Assembly: GCA_011364975.1 (NCBI GenBank)
Contig: RDOE01000002.1
Coordinates: 1 to 64,000, forward strand
Source of the DNA: Promethearchaeota archaeon
GTDB lineage: Archaea > Asgardarchaeota > Lokiarchaeia > Sigyniarchaeales > SOKP01
Direction of reading: 5' to 3'
Length of the DNA: 64,000 nt
The stretch's first letter is position 1, and the number at the start of each line of letters is the position of its first letter. This document shows positions 30,442 to 39,750 of this stretch, piece by piece. A program made the position numbers and the translations under genes. The notes beneath the pieces were generated by a model. That model saw only the letters and a list, made by a program, of their open reading frames with translations, made no database searches and was not told where the DNA came from.

Positions 30442-31596
30442 TTAAAATGAAGTTAAATTTGATTGAGGAAATTGAGATTCTTCCCCTGCAGCTTGAACAT
30501 AGGGGGAGATTGGTCCTCGTCCTAGAGCCATAATTCGAATTTTTGATCCTAACATCGGATTTAGAGCAGTCCCAAATTTTAGGGTTGCATCTTCAGGGAT
30601 TTCATTTGAAATCGCAGATACAATCTTATCGATCTTTGATAAAGAAAGTTGATGATCTCCTGTAACAGAAATAATGCATCGATCTACGTTATCGGTATTT
30701 AATTCTAAAAGGGGATTATGGAGAGCCAGTCTAGCCTTTCTGATTAAATCCTTCTCTTCTCCCAAGGATTCCGTAATCCCTATCAATCCTGAGGGATATT
30801 CTCCCTTTTTTTCAAGAACTTTTCTAACATCAGCATAATCGATATTGATTAAACCACAGTTATTGATAAGATTGATAATTTCATTGATACTTCTAATGAG
30901 AACTTCATCCATTATTTTAAAACCAGTTAAAATTGGCATCTTTTGATTAAATCGAAGTAAATTATCATTGGGTATTGGTATTAAAGTATCGGTATAGTTT
31001 AAAAGATCTTTTAAGCCTCTCTGGGCTCTTAAAATTCGCTCTTTACCCTCAGAAGTGAACGGGATTGAGCAGAAGCTTACTACTGTTGCATCGTTTTTCT
31101 TAGCTTCTCTTGCTACTATTGGAGCGGCCCCTGTTCCCGTACCTCCACCTAAACCAAATGTTAAAAATACAACATCAGCATTCAGAACTTGAGCTAATCT
31201 TTCCACATCCTCTTCTGCTGCATTTTTACCCACATCAGGATCATTTCCAGACCCTAATCCGCTGCAAGTTTCCTTTCCAATTAATACTTTCTGTTTTGCG
31301 TTTGAGTAATATAAATCATGAGCATCTGTATTAATATTGAGAGTTTCAATGAATTTAGAACCTAAATCTTGCATTCTTGAGATGGTATTATTACCCGCCC
31401 CTCCAATACCTACCACTAGGGACTTAATCTTTAAGACTTTAAGTAAGTCAGCTAAGTATTTATCACTATCCAAATTTGTAGATCCTTTATCATTTAAATT
31501 TTGACGGGCAATTTCTTGAAATCTTGACCTCACAGACATTCTTGATTTGGCTATTTCGGTTAAATTAAGCTCATCCTCAGTCATAATTTTATCCAT
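30442..31596 (-). CDS. ftsZ: Cell division protein FtsZ
   Basis: VVGIGGAGNN, NTDA, GLGSG, GLGGGTGTGAAP, PFTSEG, T7 loop INIDYADV. Start likely ATG 31596 or 31584. Confidence 0.93.
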   Translation of the reverse strand: MDKIMTEDELNLTEIAKSRMSVRSRFQEIARQNLNDKGSTNLDSDKYLADLLKVLKIKSLVVGIGGAGNNTISRMQDLGSKFIETLNINTDAHDLYYSNAKQKVLIGKETCSGLGSGNDPDVGKNAAEEDVERLAQVLNADVVFLTFGLGGGTGTGAAPIVAREAKKNDATVVSFCSIPFTSEGKERILRAQRGLKDLLNYTDTLIPIPNDNLLRFNQKMPILTGFKIMDEVLIRSINEIINLINNCGLINIDYADVRKVLEKKGEYPSGLIGITESLGEEKDLIRKARLALHNPLLELNTDNVDRCIISVTGDHQLSLSKIDKIVSAISNEIPEDATLKFGTALNPMLGSKIRIMALGRGPISPYVQAAGEESQFPQSNLTSF

Positions 31597-31936
31597 AAAG
31601 TAGAAGTAATTCTTATATAATACGAGTATTATATCCAAATAATATAGGATAGTAATATGCATGTAATATCGCTCTTAAAATTAAATGCAACTAGTGCTAT
31701 GGAGATAACATATTTTTTCAAATATTATAAGGAAAATATCTCATTAGTATTATAATAACATATATGTCAATTTGAGAGCTATTAGCAATAGTAGATAAAT
31801 CCCATTTAGGTTATTAGATACTTCGAACCCCATGATATTTAGCTCTAATTATTCGTGGGAAAAAAATGATTGGTTCTAAAGTGAATAAATTTATAAGATT
31901 ATATTTTCACTTGTATTATGTTAGGGGTTTAAAGAA

Positions 31937-32176
31937 ATGGAAATTGATTTGAATAGGAACTCTACAGGTAAAACGTTGGAAGAATCTGAACAGGCTGATT
32001 TAATAAAAGTTAGAGCCTTAATTTCTTGCCCTAATGGAGATTATAGTAAGAAATTTCGTAATCAGTTTCCGAGGAATCAACTAGAATTGTTTATAGTAGC
32101 AGCAAAAGTGTTTGATTTCATGACTTGCCCTAAGTGTGGAGAGATTCTAAAGTTAGATTTAGAATTTAATATATAA
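31937..32176 (+). CDS. Small zinc-ribbon-like hypothetical protein
   Basis: CPNG...CPKCGE; GGGG RBS-like sequence upstream. Confidence 0.65.
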   Translation: MEIDLNRNSTGKTLEESEQADLIKVRALISCPNGDYSKKFRNQFPRNQLELFIVAAKVFDFMTCPKCGEILKLDLEFNI

Positions 32177-32198
32177 ATTATATTTCCTTTATTTTTCG

Positions 32199-32214
32199 AG
32201 TAGTAGCTACTACT
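32199..32214. terminator. 16-bp perfect palindrome between convergent genes (possible bidirectional terminator or protein-binding site)
   Basis: agtagtagctactact is its own reverse complement and lies in the 40-bp gap between two stop codons. Confidence 0.35.
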
Positions 32215-32216
32215 TA

Positions 32217-33533
32217 TCATTCTAATATATCAAGCTTAATTTCTCCATATGTACCTCCGCCACCAGGGGTATAATCAATATTGTTTGATCGAAAAGCATC
32301 GATTACAGAGGCTATTTTTTCATCAAACTGCGAAATTTTTTGAATTGGAATATCAATTAAAATTTCATATTCAGTTCCTAATTGTTCAGTAATTTTTTGA
32401 TAGATGCTTAATACGGTTTTGCTAGTTGCACTTTTGATATGCTTTACAGATCTAATGATGTTGACTAATTGTATTGCATTTATATAAGTTGGTCTGTGAT
32501 TTGGATGATTTGGTTCTTTGTATGAAGATATAACGTTGATTCTTTCGCTTACTCCGAGTTTAATTTTAACATTTTTTTTATTTTGTTCCTTGCAAGAGGG
32601 ACAAATTGCTTTTTCTTTTGAAACCATATTAATATATACATTCTTAGCTTTTTTTGGGTCAGCAGAGAAATAGATTATGAAATTGTCTGATATTGAATAT
32701 TGATTAAAAATATTTGAAGTTCTAGTGTTAGTCTTCTTAAATATTACGCGTCTTCTGCATTTATTACAGAACATATTATAATATTTCCCTAATTTTGGAT
32801 GAAGTCCAACATTTAAAGTAATTTTTCGATTACTTTTTCTATTAATAGCAAGATTTATTTCCTCAAAAGAGGGATTATCGATTTCAAATCTATTAAATTC
32901 TCTACCCAAAGAAAGAGGACTTTCTGAATGTGCATCACTATTACTAAGGAAAGTAACATGTTTTAAACAATCAAGACGATCTGCTAAATCAGTATTAGCA
33001 GATAAACCTAATTCAATGAATTTTACATGTTTTATTGCATCTTGATAACACTGCTCCAAAGAGTCGAATTTATTTTGGCGAAATATTGCTTTAAAAGGAG
33101 TAAAAGCATGAGCTGGCCCAATTAATGCCCCCGATTCTGAAACTAATTCTACTAATTCTGCAGGGGATAAATTAACCCTGGGACGACCACCCCATTCATC
33201 AAGTAGATTTTTGGAATATGGAAGCATCTTGTTCTGAAGTTCTTTTACTGTTTTAAAATCTGGAAATAGAATTATTTCATGTATACTTTCCTTATCTTCA
33301 ATTTCAGTTTGTAAAATAAAGGAAATATCCTTATAAGTAAAAGCTCCTTCTTTATCTTTTTTAAGGTTAGTTTCTAAATATTTTAACCAATCTGGCTGTA
33401 GCACATCACCAGTTCCCAAAATTTGAAGCCCTTTCTTTTTACACGTTTCAACCATCGTGTCTAAATTTAACGATTTAGATACTGCTATGGAGTGAGGAGA
33501 ATGAATATGTAAATCAGCATTGAAGATATCCAT
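32217..33533 (-). CDS. Endonuclease Q family (PHP domain, TIGR00375-like)
   Basis: ADLHIHS, GTGD, GGRP, PAHAFTP, ELGLSA, SNSDAHS, GREFN, LGKY, C..C, GV.ERI, PGGGG.YG. Confidence 0.9.
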   Translation of the reverse strand: MDIFNADLHIHSPHSIAVSKSLNLDTMVETCKKKGLQILGTGDVLQPDWLKYLETNLKKDKEGAFTYKDISFILQTEIEDKESIHEIILFPDFKTVKELQNKMLPYSKNLLDEWGGRPRVNLSPAELVELVSESGALIGPAHAFTPFKAIFRQNKFDSLEQCYQDAIKHVKFIELGLSANTDLADRLDCLKHVTFLSNSDAHSESPLSLGREFNRFEIDNPSFEEINLAINRKSNRKITLNVGLHPKLGKYYNMFCNKCRRRVIFKKTNTRTSNIFNQYSISDNFIIYFSADPKKAKNVYINMVSKEKAICPSCKEQNKKNVKIKLGVSERINVISSYKEPNHPNHRPTYINAIQLVNIIRSVKHIKSATSKTVLSIYQKITEQLGTEYEILIDIPIQKISQFDEKIASVIDAFRSNNIDYTPGGGGTYGEIKLDILE

Positions 33534-33636
33534 TTGATATAAGAAAGGGTTAATACAATAAAAAGTTTAATTCAATAGTTATTAATAATATAATAGGGTC
33601 TAATTTTACCCAGCTTCATCTTAAAAATAATAAAGT

Positions 33637-34659
33637 TTACAGAGATTCGCCCAATTTTTTATTACATGAAACTAATAACACTTTAATCTCATCATCATTG
33701 GGATCCAATGATAATACTTGTTTATAATAAACAATTGCTTGAGTATAATCCTTCTTTATAGTTAAATAGATATTCCCAAGCTTTTTTAAATTAGATATAT
33801 TTTCAGGTTCAAGTCGAAGAGCTTCTTTATAATAAAATATTGCGTTGTCAAAATCTTCTATATTACAATAACTGAAAGCAATATTTTCAAATAATATTGT
33901 ATCTTGTGAACTTAAAGTGAGTGCTTTTTCATAACACTCAATTGATTTTTGATAATTATTTAGTAAGGTATAAGAAAGACCTAAATTATTCCATGCCTCA
34001 ATGAAGTAAGGATTGATATCAGTTGCTTTGGAATAAGATTTTACTGCTAAATCATAATCATTTTTCTCATAAGCAACATCACCCAAATCAAACCATATAT
34101 CCTCATTGTCCGGATCTAATTCTAAGGCTTTATTATAGAATTTTATAGCATTTTCAAAATCTTCAATATCAAAATAGATATTTGCTAAATTATTATAGAG
34201 AATAGGCTCATCAGGGTTAATTCTAATAGATTTTTCATAACATTCAATTGCTTTATCAAAATCTTCCATATCACGGTAAAGTAATGCAATATTGTTCCAC
34301 ACATCGGTATAACTTGGTTCATATTCCAAAGCGATCTTATAATATTTTAAAGCATTATCCAGATCTCCAAGATCTTCATAAGCGAACCCAAGATTATAGT
34401 AAGTTACTGCATCTTCGGGATCAAGCTCTAAAGCTTTTTCATAGCACAGAATAGCGTTCTTATAATCCCTTATCATCCCGTATGATAATCCTAGGTTGTT
34501 CCATACCTCTGAAAAGTAAGGGTTAATTTCTATAGCTCTTTTATAAGATTCGATTGCCTCCTCATAACTATTCGTATCATAATAGGCATCTCCTAAATTG
34601 ATCCAAGCATCGGCGTCATTAGGATCAAGTTCCACTGATTTTTTATATCTTTCAATCAT
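33637..34659 (-). CDS. Tetratricopeptide repeat protein (about 9 TPRs)
   Basis: 34-aa repeats of W.NLG..Y.....Y..AI..Y.KALEL.P. Confidence 0.93.
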   Translation of the reverse strand: MIERYKKSVELDPNDADAWINLGDAYYDTNSYEEAIESYKRAIEINPYFSEVWNNLGLSYGMIRDYKNAILCYEKALELDPEDAVTYYNLGFAYEDLGDLDNALKYYKIALEYEPSYTDVWNNIALLYRDMEDFDKAIECYEKSIRINPDEPILYNNLANIYFDIEDFENAIKFYNKALELDPDNEDIWFDLGDVAYEKNDYDLAVKSYSKATDINPYFIEAWNNLGLSYTLLNNYQKSIECYEKALTLSSQDTILFENIAFSYCNIEDFDNAIFYYKEALRLEPENISNLKKLGNIYLTIKKDYTQAIVYYKQVLSLDPNDDEIKVLLVSCNKKLGESL

Positions 34660-34736
34660 AATTTAAGGTTAGAACTATTGAAGATTAAAATGATATCTCT
34701 CTATTATTTTTTTATATTTTTGAAAATCATGAAAAC

Positions 34737-35777
34737 TTAAACCATTAGGAGCATTTTATCAATCTTTTGATCAGTTAAGAGTATTCTATAATATGGTTCA
34801 TTATTTTTATAAATAACCTCCTCTAATTTACCTAATACGAAAACTTTCTCCCCTTTAACTGCCTGTTCACAATATCTTCCTCGGTATGAAGTAATCTTAG
34901 TTATTTTATTCATATCGAGATGAGATATTTTTAGATGTTGTTCAATAATCTGGAAACATTTTATTGAATAGGAGCAGGGTGTAAAAATTGATTCAGAAGA
35001 ATCGATTATTTCACCTTTTACTGCGATGGTACCTAGATTCTTGAATTGATAATCATAATATGTTCCTTCCCAATCTTCAGGACTTTTAATATAACGAATA
35101 AAGAAATCAATATTAAGATATTTTCCTTGATGTTGTTTTCTTTGTTCACTTCTTAAGAAATCTTGAAATGAAACATCAGAGCCCCCAAATCTCCAATTGT
35201 AGTGAGATTTAAACTCATCAAGTTTATATTTTCTGCAGGAATTTGGTTTTTCATATATTTCTTTTAATTTATTTTGAAATTCTAAAGAATTTTGAGTACC
35301 ATAAATGATGATATCTATATCCGAATCTAAGTTACTTAATCCGATCATAGAAGATCCGGATATCCCAATAGAATTCTCTGAAAGAGAAGAGTTTTGTATA
35401 AATAGATCGCATAAATCAAAAGACATTAACTCTAATTTTGAAAGGTTTTCTTTATGATGTAAAAATTTGAAATAGTTTTTTGGAGTATAAATTTTTTTAA
35501 TATCTTCACATTTAACTCCTTGAAGTGGAATGTCAAGTTCTTTAGAATAGAATAAATATTGGGGAAATTTCTCTTTTAGTATCAAAAATCTATCATCAAA
35601 AGCATAGACTTTTTTGAATTTAATACCATTTTTTACACGATCTCCATTTTGATCTGGAAAAAATCGTAAAAAACAAATTTTTCGATCTTTTGGGTGATGA
35701 ATACCTTTTATATCAAAAAAAAGATTATCTTTTTTCGTTTCAAGGTAATCTCCTTCAATTCCTTTTGGAACTTCCAT
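34737..35777 (-). CDS. Archaeal nucleotidyltransferase-domain protein (COG1665-like)
   Basis: GISGS...G.....SDIDIIIYG Pol-beta-type motif; C-terminal OB-like SYRGRYCEQA..GE...V.GKLE. Confidence 0.8.
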   Translation of the reverse strand: MEVPKGIEGDYLETKKDNLFFDIKGIHHPKDRKICFLRFFPDQNGDRVKNGIKFKKVYAFDDRFLILKEKFPQYLFYSKELDIPLQGVKCEDIKKIYTPKNYFKFLHHKENLSKLELMSFDLCDLFIQNSSLSENSIGISGSSMIGLSNLDSDIDIIIYGTQNSLEFQNKLKEIYEKPNSCRKYKLDEFKSHYNWRFGGSDVSFQDFLRSEQRKQHQGKYLNIDFFIRYIKSPEDWEGTYYDYQFKNLGTIAVKGEIIDSSESIFTPCSYSIKCFQIIEQHLKISHLDMNKITKITSYRGRYCEQAVKGEKVFVLGKLEEVIYKNNEPYYRILLTDQKIDKMLLMV

Positions 35778-35798
35778 ATCTTTTTTTAAAGATTTTAA

Positions 35799-36902
35799 TT
35801 AATAATTTGAAGGAGTCTTTGTTTTAATTTTATATTTTGGGATTTCTCTTACTTTTCTTAATTCTCTTTCAAAATCCTTCTTTTCTTGTAAAAATCTCTC
35901 TTTGTCTCGATCTAATTTCTCTCTTTCTCGTTTAATTATATTTTTTTCACTTTCAATTCGAGATTTTTCATTTTCTAATCGCTTAAATTGATTATTTAAT
36001 TCTTTTAATTTATTTTCTGAATTACGAATTTTATGTTCTAATGAAAAGTAAGTATCTTCAGCTTTAGGAACCTTGTAATTTAATTCCTTTAATTTTGCTT
36101 CTTGTTCTTTTCTCTTTCTTTCGAGGTTCTTTAATTCATCTTCTAGCTTGTCTTTAAATTTCTCTAATTCCGTTTTTTTCTTTTCTACTTCTCGGTTTTT
36201 AAGGTTTAAGTCTTTCTTTTTATATTTTACTCCTCGCTTTTCTTCTTGTAATTTTCTTTTCTCATCTTCAATTCGATTTCTTTCATCAATAATTTCTCTT
36301 TTCAAATCATTAATCTCTTTGTCTAAATTGTCTCTTTCTCTAGTTAGACTTTTTATTTCATTTCTTAACCGCATTAAATCGTTTTCTAGCTTTTCAATAG
36401 TTCGTTCTAATGCTTCCTCTCGTCTCTCCATTCCAGGTATTTTAGTTTTAATTTCCTTTATACGGTTTTGTGCTCCTTCTTTTTCTCTTTCTAATAGTCT
36501 TTTTTCCTCGGTTAAGTTTTCTTTTAATCGCTCTAATTGTTCTTGATATGCTCTTAAGTCTGACTTTTTTTGATTTAACTCTCTTTCTTTTTGATCAATC
36601 TTATTTCTACTCTCATATATTACATTTTTCATCGCATCCATTTCTTGCTTTAACTTCTCGCGCTGATCGAGTAGATCTCTGACTTCAAGTTCTTTTTCTT
36701 TTCTTTTATGTTCTAAATTTTTAATGTTTACTTGATAGTCTTCAAATTTCTTTATAACTCTTTCCCATTCGGTTTTTTCTCTGTTTAATTTAATTCTTTC
36801 TTCCTTAATTTTTTTCAATAATTTCGAATCTGGAATGCTTTCTATACTTTCTTCCGGTGTTTTCTCTCGAATTTGAAACTTTGGAATATTATTATCAGTC
36901 AT
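35799..36902 (-). CDS. Long coiled-coil protein with similar N- and C-terminal motifs
   Basis: About 320 aa of E/K/R-rich heptads; IPKFQIREKTP at the N-terminus and IPKYKIKTKTP at the C-terminus. Confidence 0.8.
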   Translation of the reverse strand: MTDNNIPKFQIREKTPEESIESIPDSKLLKKIKEERIKLNREKTEWERVIKKFEDYQVNIKNLEHKRKEKELEVRDLLDQREKLKQEMDAMKNVIYESRNKIDQKERELNQKKSDLRAYQEQLERLKENLTEEKRLLEREKEGAQNRIKEIKTKIPGMERREEALERTIEKLENDLMRLRNEIKSLTRERDNLDKEINDLKREIIDERNRIEDEKRKLQEEKRGVKYKKKDLNLKNREVEKKKTELEKFKDKLEDELKNLERKRKEQEAKLKELNYKVPKAEDTYFSLEHKIRNSENKLKELNNQFKRLENEKSRIESEKNIIKREREKLDRDKERFLQEKKDFERELRKVREIPKYKIKTKTPSNY

Positions 36903-37077
36903 ACTAACTTAATAACTCAATTTTTCGTTTAATTAAACTATATTAATACAGGCTCTAAAGTGTTTGCACTTTCAATTTTAGATAAATTTCTACTTGTTAA
37001 TTATTTATATATCTTAATTTCCATAACTTACTAGAAGTATAATAAAAAGATCATTCAAAAATTATGGTGTTTCTATA

Positions 37078-37500
37078 ATGGAATTTGATGAGGAGTTTGA
37101 TGAAGAGTTTGATGAAGAGTTTGATGAGGAGTTTGATGAGGATTTAGATGAAGATCTAGATGAGCAATCATCAGAACCTCCTGGAAAAATTCCAGATGAT
37201 GATGTTAAAACCAAAACCCCTGAACCTAAAGTAATTCAGGAAGGGAAAAAGATTTCAGTCTACTTCATGTCAACTATAGGTCCAGGTGAAAAAAAGCAAA
37301 AACTGTTAATTAACACGGGAAATAAGGTTGGTGATGTAAAAGAAACCGCTGCAAATTTGTTTGGTTTAGATCCTGCTGACTTTCATTTATCCTCGAGTGG
37401 GGTTACGATGGATGAAAATTCAAGCTTAAACGATTATAATATAGCTGATGGAGATGATATTCTTTTGATTCCGGCAAGCACCGCGGGATTAAAATGTTAA
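37078..37500 (+). CDS. Ubiquitin-like (beta-grasp) protein A with acidic repeat N-tail, ending ASTAG-LKC
   Basis: KVGDVKE, GVTMDENSSLNDYNIADGDDILLIP resembles ubiquitin's LxDYNI; near-identical core to 39358..39690. Confidence 0.85.
   Translation: MEFDEEFDEEFDEEFDEEFDEDLDEDLDEQSSEPPGKIPDDDVKTKTPEPKVIQEGKKISVYFMSTIGPGEKKQKLLINTGNKVGDVKETAANLFGLDPADFHLSSSGVTMDENSSLNDYNIADGDDILLIPASTAGLKC
37081..37164 (+). repeat. Seven 12-bp tandem units encoding (EFDE)5(DLDE)2
   Basis: gaatttgatgag gagtttgatgaa gagtttgatgaa gagtttgatgag gagtttgatgag gatttagatgaa gatctagatgag. Confidence 0.92.
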
Positions 37501-37517
37501 TTAAATTTATAAAATAA

Positions 37518-38339
37518 TTAGCTTTTTCCATTAATTTTTTTTCTGGTAGGAATTAGAGCTAATTCATCATCATCTTCAATATTGTAGTCAATAATTTTTA
37601 AATCATCATCTAACAAGATTCCTCCAGAGGAAATTAGAAAACCATCTGGATTATAATCAAATAAAACACCTATTTTCTGTTTGATTATATTTATCAATTC
37701 CGATGTATCAATTATCATTATTTTCGTTTTCTCACCAGGTTCAATTAATGATCGAACATAAACACGTATTTTCTCATCAATTTCAACAATTCTTTTTGGT
37801 GGGGTATAATTTATAGGATCGTCTGTGACACTTCTGTTTTTTATCATAGTTTCAATTAGTTGAATTCTCTCATCAGGATCGAAGTATAATAATTCTCTAA
37901 TGAAAAAAATTTTATCCATTTTTGAAAGTCCCAATAGGTTTATTTTCTCTAAATCTTCTTTTTTAAATACAGAAAAGATATAGTCATTAATTTTTGGAAT
38001 ATCTTCAAATGATTCATTTGAATCAGCATAACTATCAATTAAAGGATTTGCCTCAAAGTAGTCTTCAATAAATTGATTAGCTAGATTTTTTAATGATTTC
38101 TTTTGAGGTTGATATTTTTGTTGAGGTAGCGCTTTTTTCTTTCCTAAAAACTTATATGAGCTCTCTTTTGACTGAATAATGGTATAAGCAGTACTAGTAG
38201 ATAATACAGCTACACTACTAATAGTTAAAAAGAGATATAAAGGAATACTCTCTACCCTCGAAAGGAACAATATTATATAAATACAAGTTACAACAATGTA
38301 GAGAGTTATTAAACCAAATGCTCTATTTTTATTTCTCAT
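37518..38339 (-). CDS. Membrane-anchored protein (2 N-terminal TM) with a C-terminal Ubl domain
   Basis: Two TM helices. C-terminal RSLIEPGEK...IKQKIGVLF...ISSGG...DYNIEDDDELALIP matches the neighbouring Ubls but lacks ASTAG. Confidence 0.8.
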   Translation of the reverse strand: MRNKNRAFGLITLYIVVTCIYIILFLSRVESIPLYLFLTISSVAVLSTSTAYTIIQSKESSYKFLGKKKALPQQKYQPQKKSLKNLANQFIEDYFEANPLIDSYADSNESFEDIPKINDYIFSVFKKEDLEKINLLGLSKMDKIFFIRELLYFDPDERIQLIETMIKNRSVTDDPINYTPPKRIVEIDEKIRVYVRSLIEPGEKTKIMIIDTSELINIIKQKIGVLFDYNPDGFLISSGGILLDDDLKIIDYNIEDDDELALIPTRKKINGKS

Positions 38340-38420
38340 AATTTTTATACTATTATTCTAAATTTCTAATGTATTATTCAAAATTTAAATTCCATTGGTA
38401 TAAATCTGAAATTTTATAAC

Positions 38421-39092
38421 CTACTCACCCACAATAGAGTTCATTATTTTTGTATATTTCTCAGTATCTAATCTAAATAATATTCTTTTATTATCTTTTT
38501 CAACCTTTATAATCCTTAATTTATGAAGAATTTTAAGATACTTTTTAATTGTATTGTAATTCTTCTTTAAATTCTTCGCTAATTGGGTAGCTTTTAAGCT
38601 ATTTTCTTCTTTTAACATAAATTCGATTATTTCTTGGATAATTACTTGTTTTAAATAATAAGATAACTCGTCGTATTCGGGATTTGACTCATAGTGAAAG
38701 ATTATTCTTTGATTATCAATTTTTTTTGATCTAGTAAATCCAAATTTTTCTAAGCAAGATAAATGCCATAATACTTGATTGCTACCAATATTTATCGCTT
38801 TCATAATTTCATTGATATTGGCAGGTTGTTTCTTGATATAATTATAAATTTCATTTCTGATTGGATGTTCGATAATATTATTTTTCATTAATTTAGTTCC
38901 TGGTATTAGGATTCTTTTTTTAATTAGTTTTTTTATAATTTTTTCAATACTATTTTTATTCAAATTTGGGTTAAATTTCACCCTATTATTTATATAAACA
39001 ACAATATCCTCAATTGAAAAAAATGGCTTCTTTTTTAAATACTCCTTTATTAGATCACAAACAATAGCTTGAAGGGTATCAGAAGAGCTCAT
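38421..39092 (-). CDS. Multi-winged-helix transcriptional regulator (ArsR-like)
   Basis: R.EIYNYI...ANINEI....NIGSNQVLWHL..LE and ATQLAKNLKKNYNTIKKYLKIL. Confidence 0.8.
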   Translation of the reverse strand: MSSSDTLQAIVCDLIKEYLKKKPFFSIEDIVVYINNRVKFNPNLNKNSIEKIIKKLIKKRILIPGTKLMKNNIIEHPIRNEIYNYIKKQPANINEIMKAINIGSNQVLWHLSCLEKFGFTRSKKIDNQRIIFHYESNPEYDELSYYLKQVIIQEIIEFMLKEENSLKATQLAKNLKKNYNTIKKYLKILHKLRIIKVEKDNKRILFRLDTEKYTKIMNSIVGE

Positions 39093-39357
39093 AAACTTTA
39101 ATTTTTTTTTGTTAAAATACCTTGATTTTTAAACTAAATCTTCTTTCTAAACAGTATTTCCAATAATTATATATTAATAAGCCTACACTCAATTTATAAA
39201 TATATTTTCCTAAGAATGCTTTTGAAACTTTAGTACTTATTTGAGAAATTTTTAATATTTCAAATTCATTCCAAATGGTTTTTTAATATCAGATTTGCGT
39301 GTTATTATTAAAAAATAAAATAAAATTAATATTTAAAAATATAAGAATGTGATTTGA

Positions 39358-39690
39358 ATGAGTTTTGACAACGATTTTGATGAAGAATTAGAGCCTGTTA
39401 AATCTAAAACTCCATCAAGTAAAACACCCACAACAGGTAAAAAGTTGACTTTATACTTTATGTCAACTATTGGTCCTGGTGAAAAGAAAGAGAAATTAAC
39501 AGTGAATGACGCTAACCGTGTAAGTGATATCAAACAAACATTAGGAAATTTATTTGGACTCGATCCTGATGAATTTCACCTTTCATCTGGTGGAGTAACT
39601 ATGGATGAAAGTAATCAACTAAAAGATTATAATGTTAATGATGGCGATGATATCCTTCTGATCCCAGCGAGTACTGCGGGATACTTTTAA
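39358..39690 (+). CDS. Ubiquitin-like (beta-grasp) protein B, ending ASTAG-YF; first gene of the E1-E2-JAMM-RING run
   Basis: RVSDIKQ, LKDYNVNDGDDILLIPASTAGYF; directly upstream of E1. Confidence 0.88.
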   Translation: MSFDNDFDEELEPVKSKTPSSKTPTTGKKLTLYFMSTIGPGEKKEKLTVNDANRVSDIKQTLGNLFGLDPDEFHLSSGGVTMDESNQLKDYNVNDGDDILLIPASTAGYF

Positions 39691-39716
39691 ATAATTCTTT
39701 TCATAAAATCTAATAT

Positions 39717-39750
39717 AAGGGCATTAAGCCCTTTAATTTTTTTATTTTTT
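39717..39750 (+). terminator. Hairpin plus T-tract between Ubl-B and E1
   Basis: Stem aagggc, loop attaa, stem gccctt, followed by T-runs. Confidence 0.5.

Noticed and set aside
32217-35777. EndoQ, TPR and nucleotidyltransferase as part of the Ubl system or a CBASS-like defence locus
   Set aside because: EndoQ and this nucleotidyltransferase family are widespread archaeal genes. The NTase lacks recognisable CD-NTase features and no effector is evident. A link to the Ubl locus is not excluded but is unsupported.
36148-36682. Plus-strand ORFs of 132 and 70 aa (F/S/L-rich)
   Set aside because: Antisense shadows of the E/K/R-rich coiled-coil gene.
37081-37164. Short direct repeats as a CRISPR array
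   Set aside because: The 12-bp units are contiguous with no spacers, lie in frame in a CDS, and no cas genes are present.
37078-39690. Calling the Ubls canonical ubiquitin, SAMP/MoaD or bona fide UFM1
   Set aside because: There is no GG terminus and no sulfur-transfer context. The UFM1 resemblance is by-eye pattern only, and the E1, E2 and protease are not UBA5, UFC1 or UfSP types. No gene symbol was assigned.
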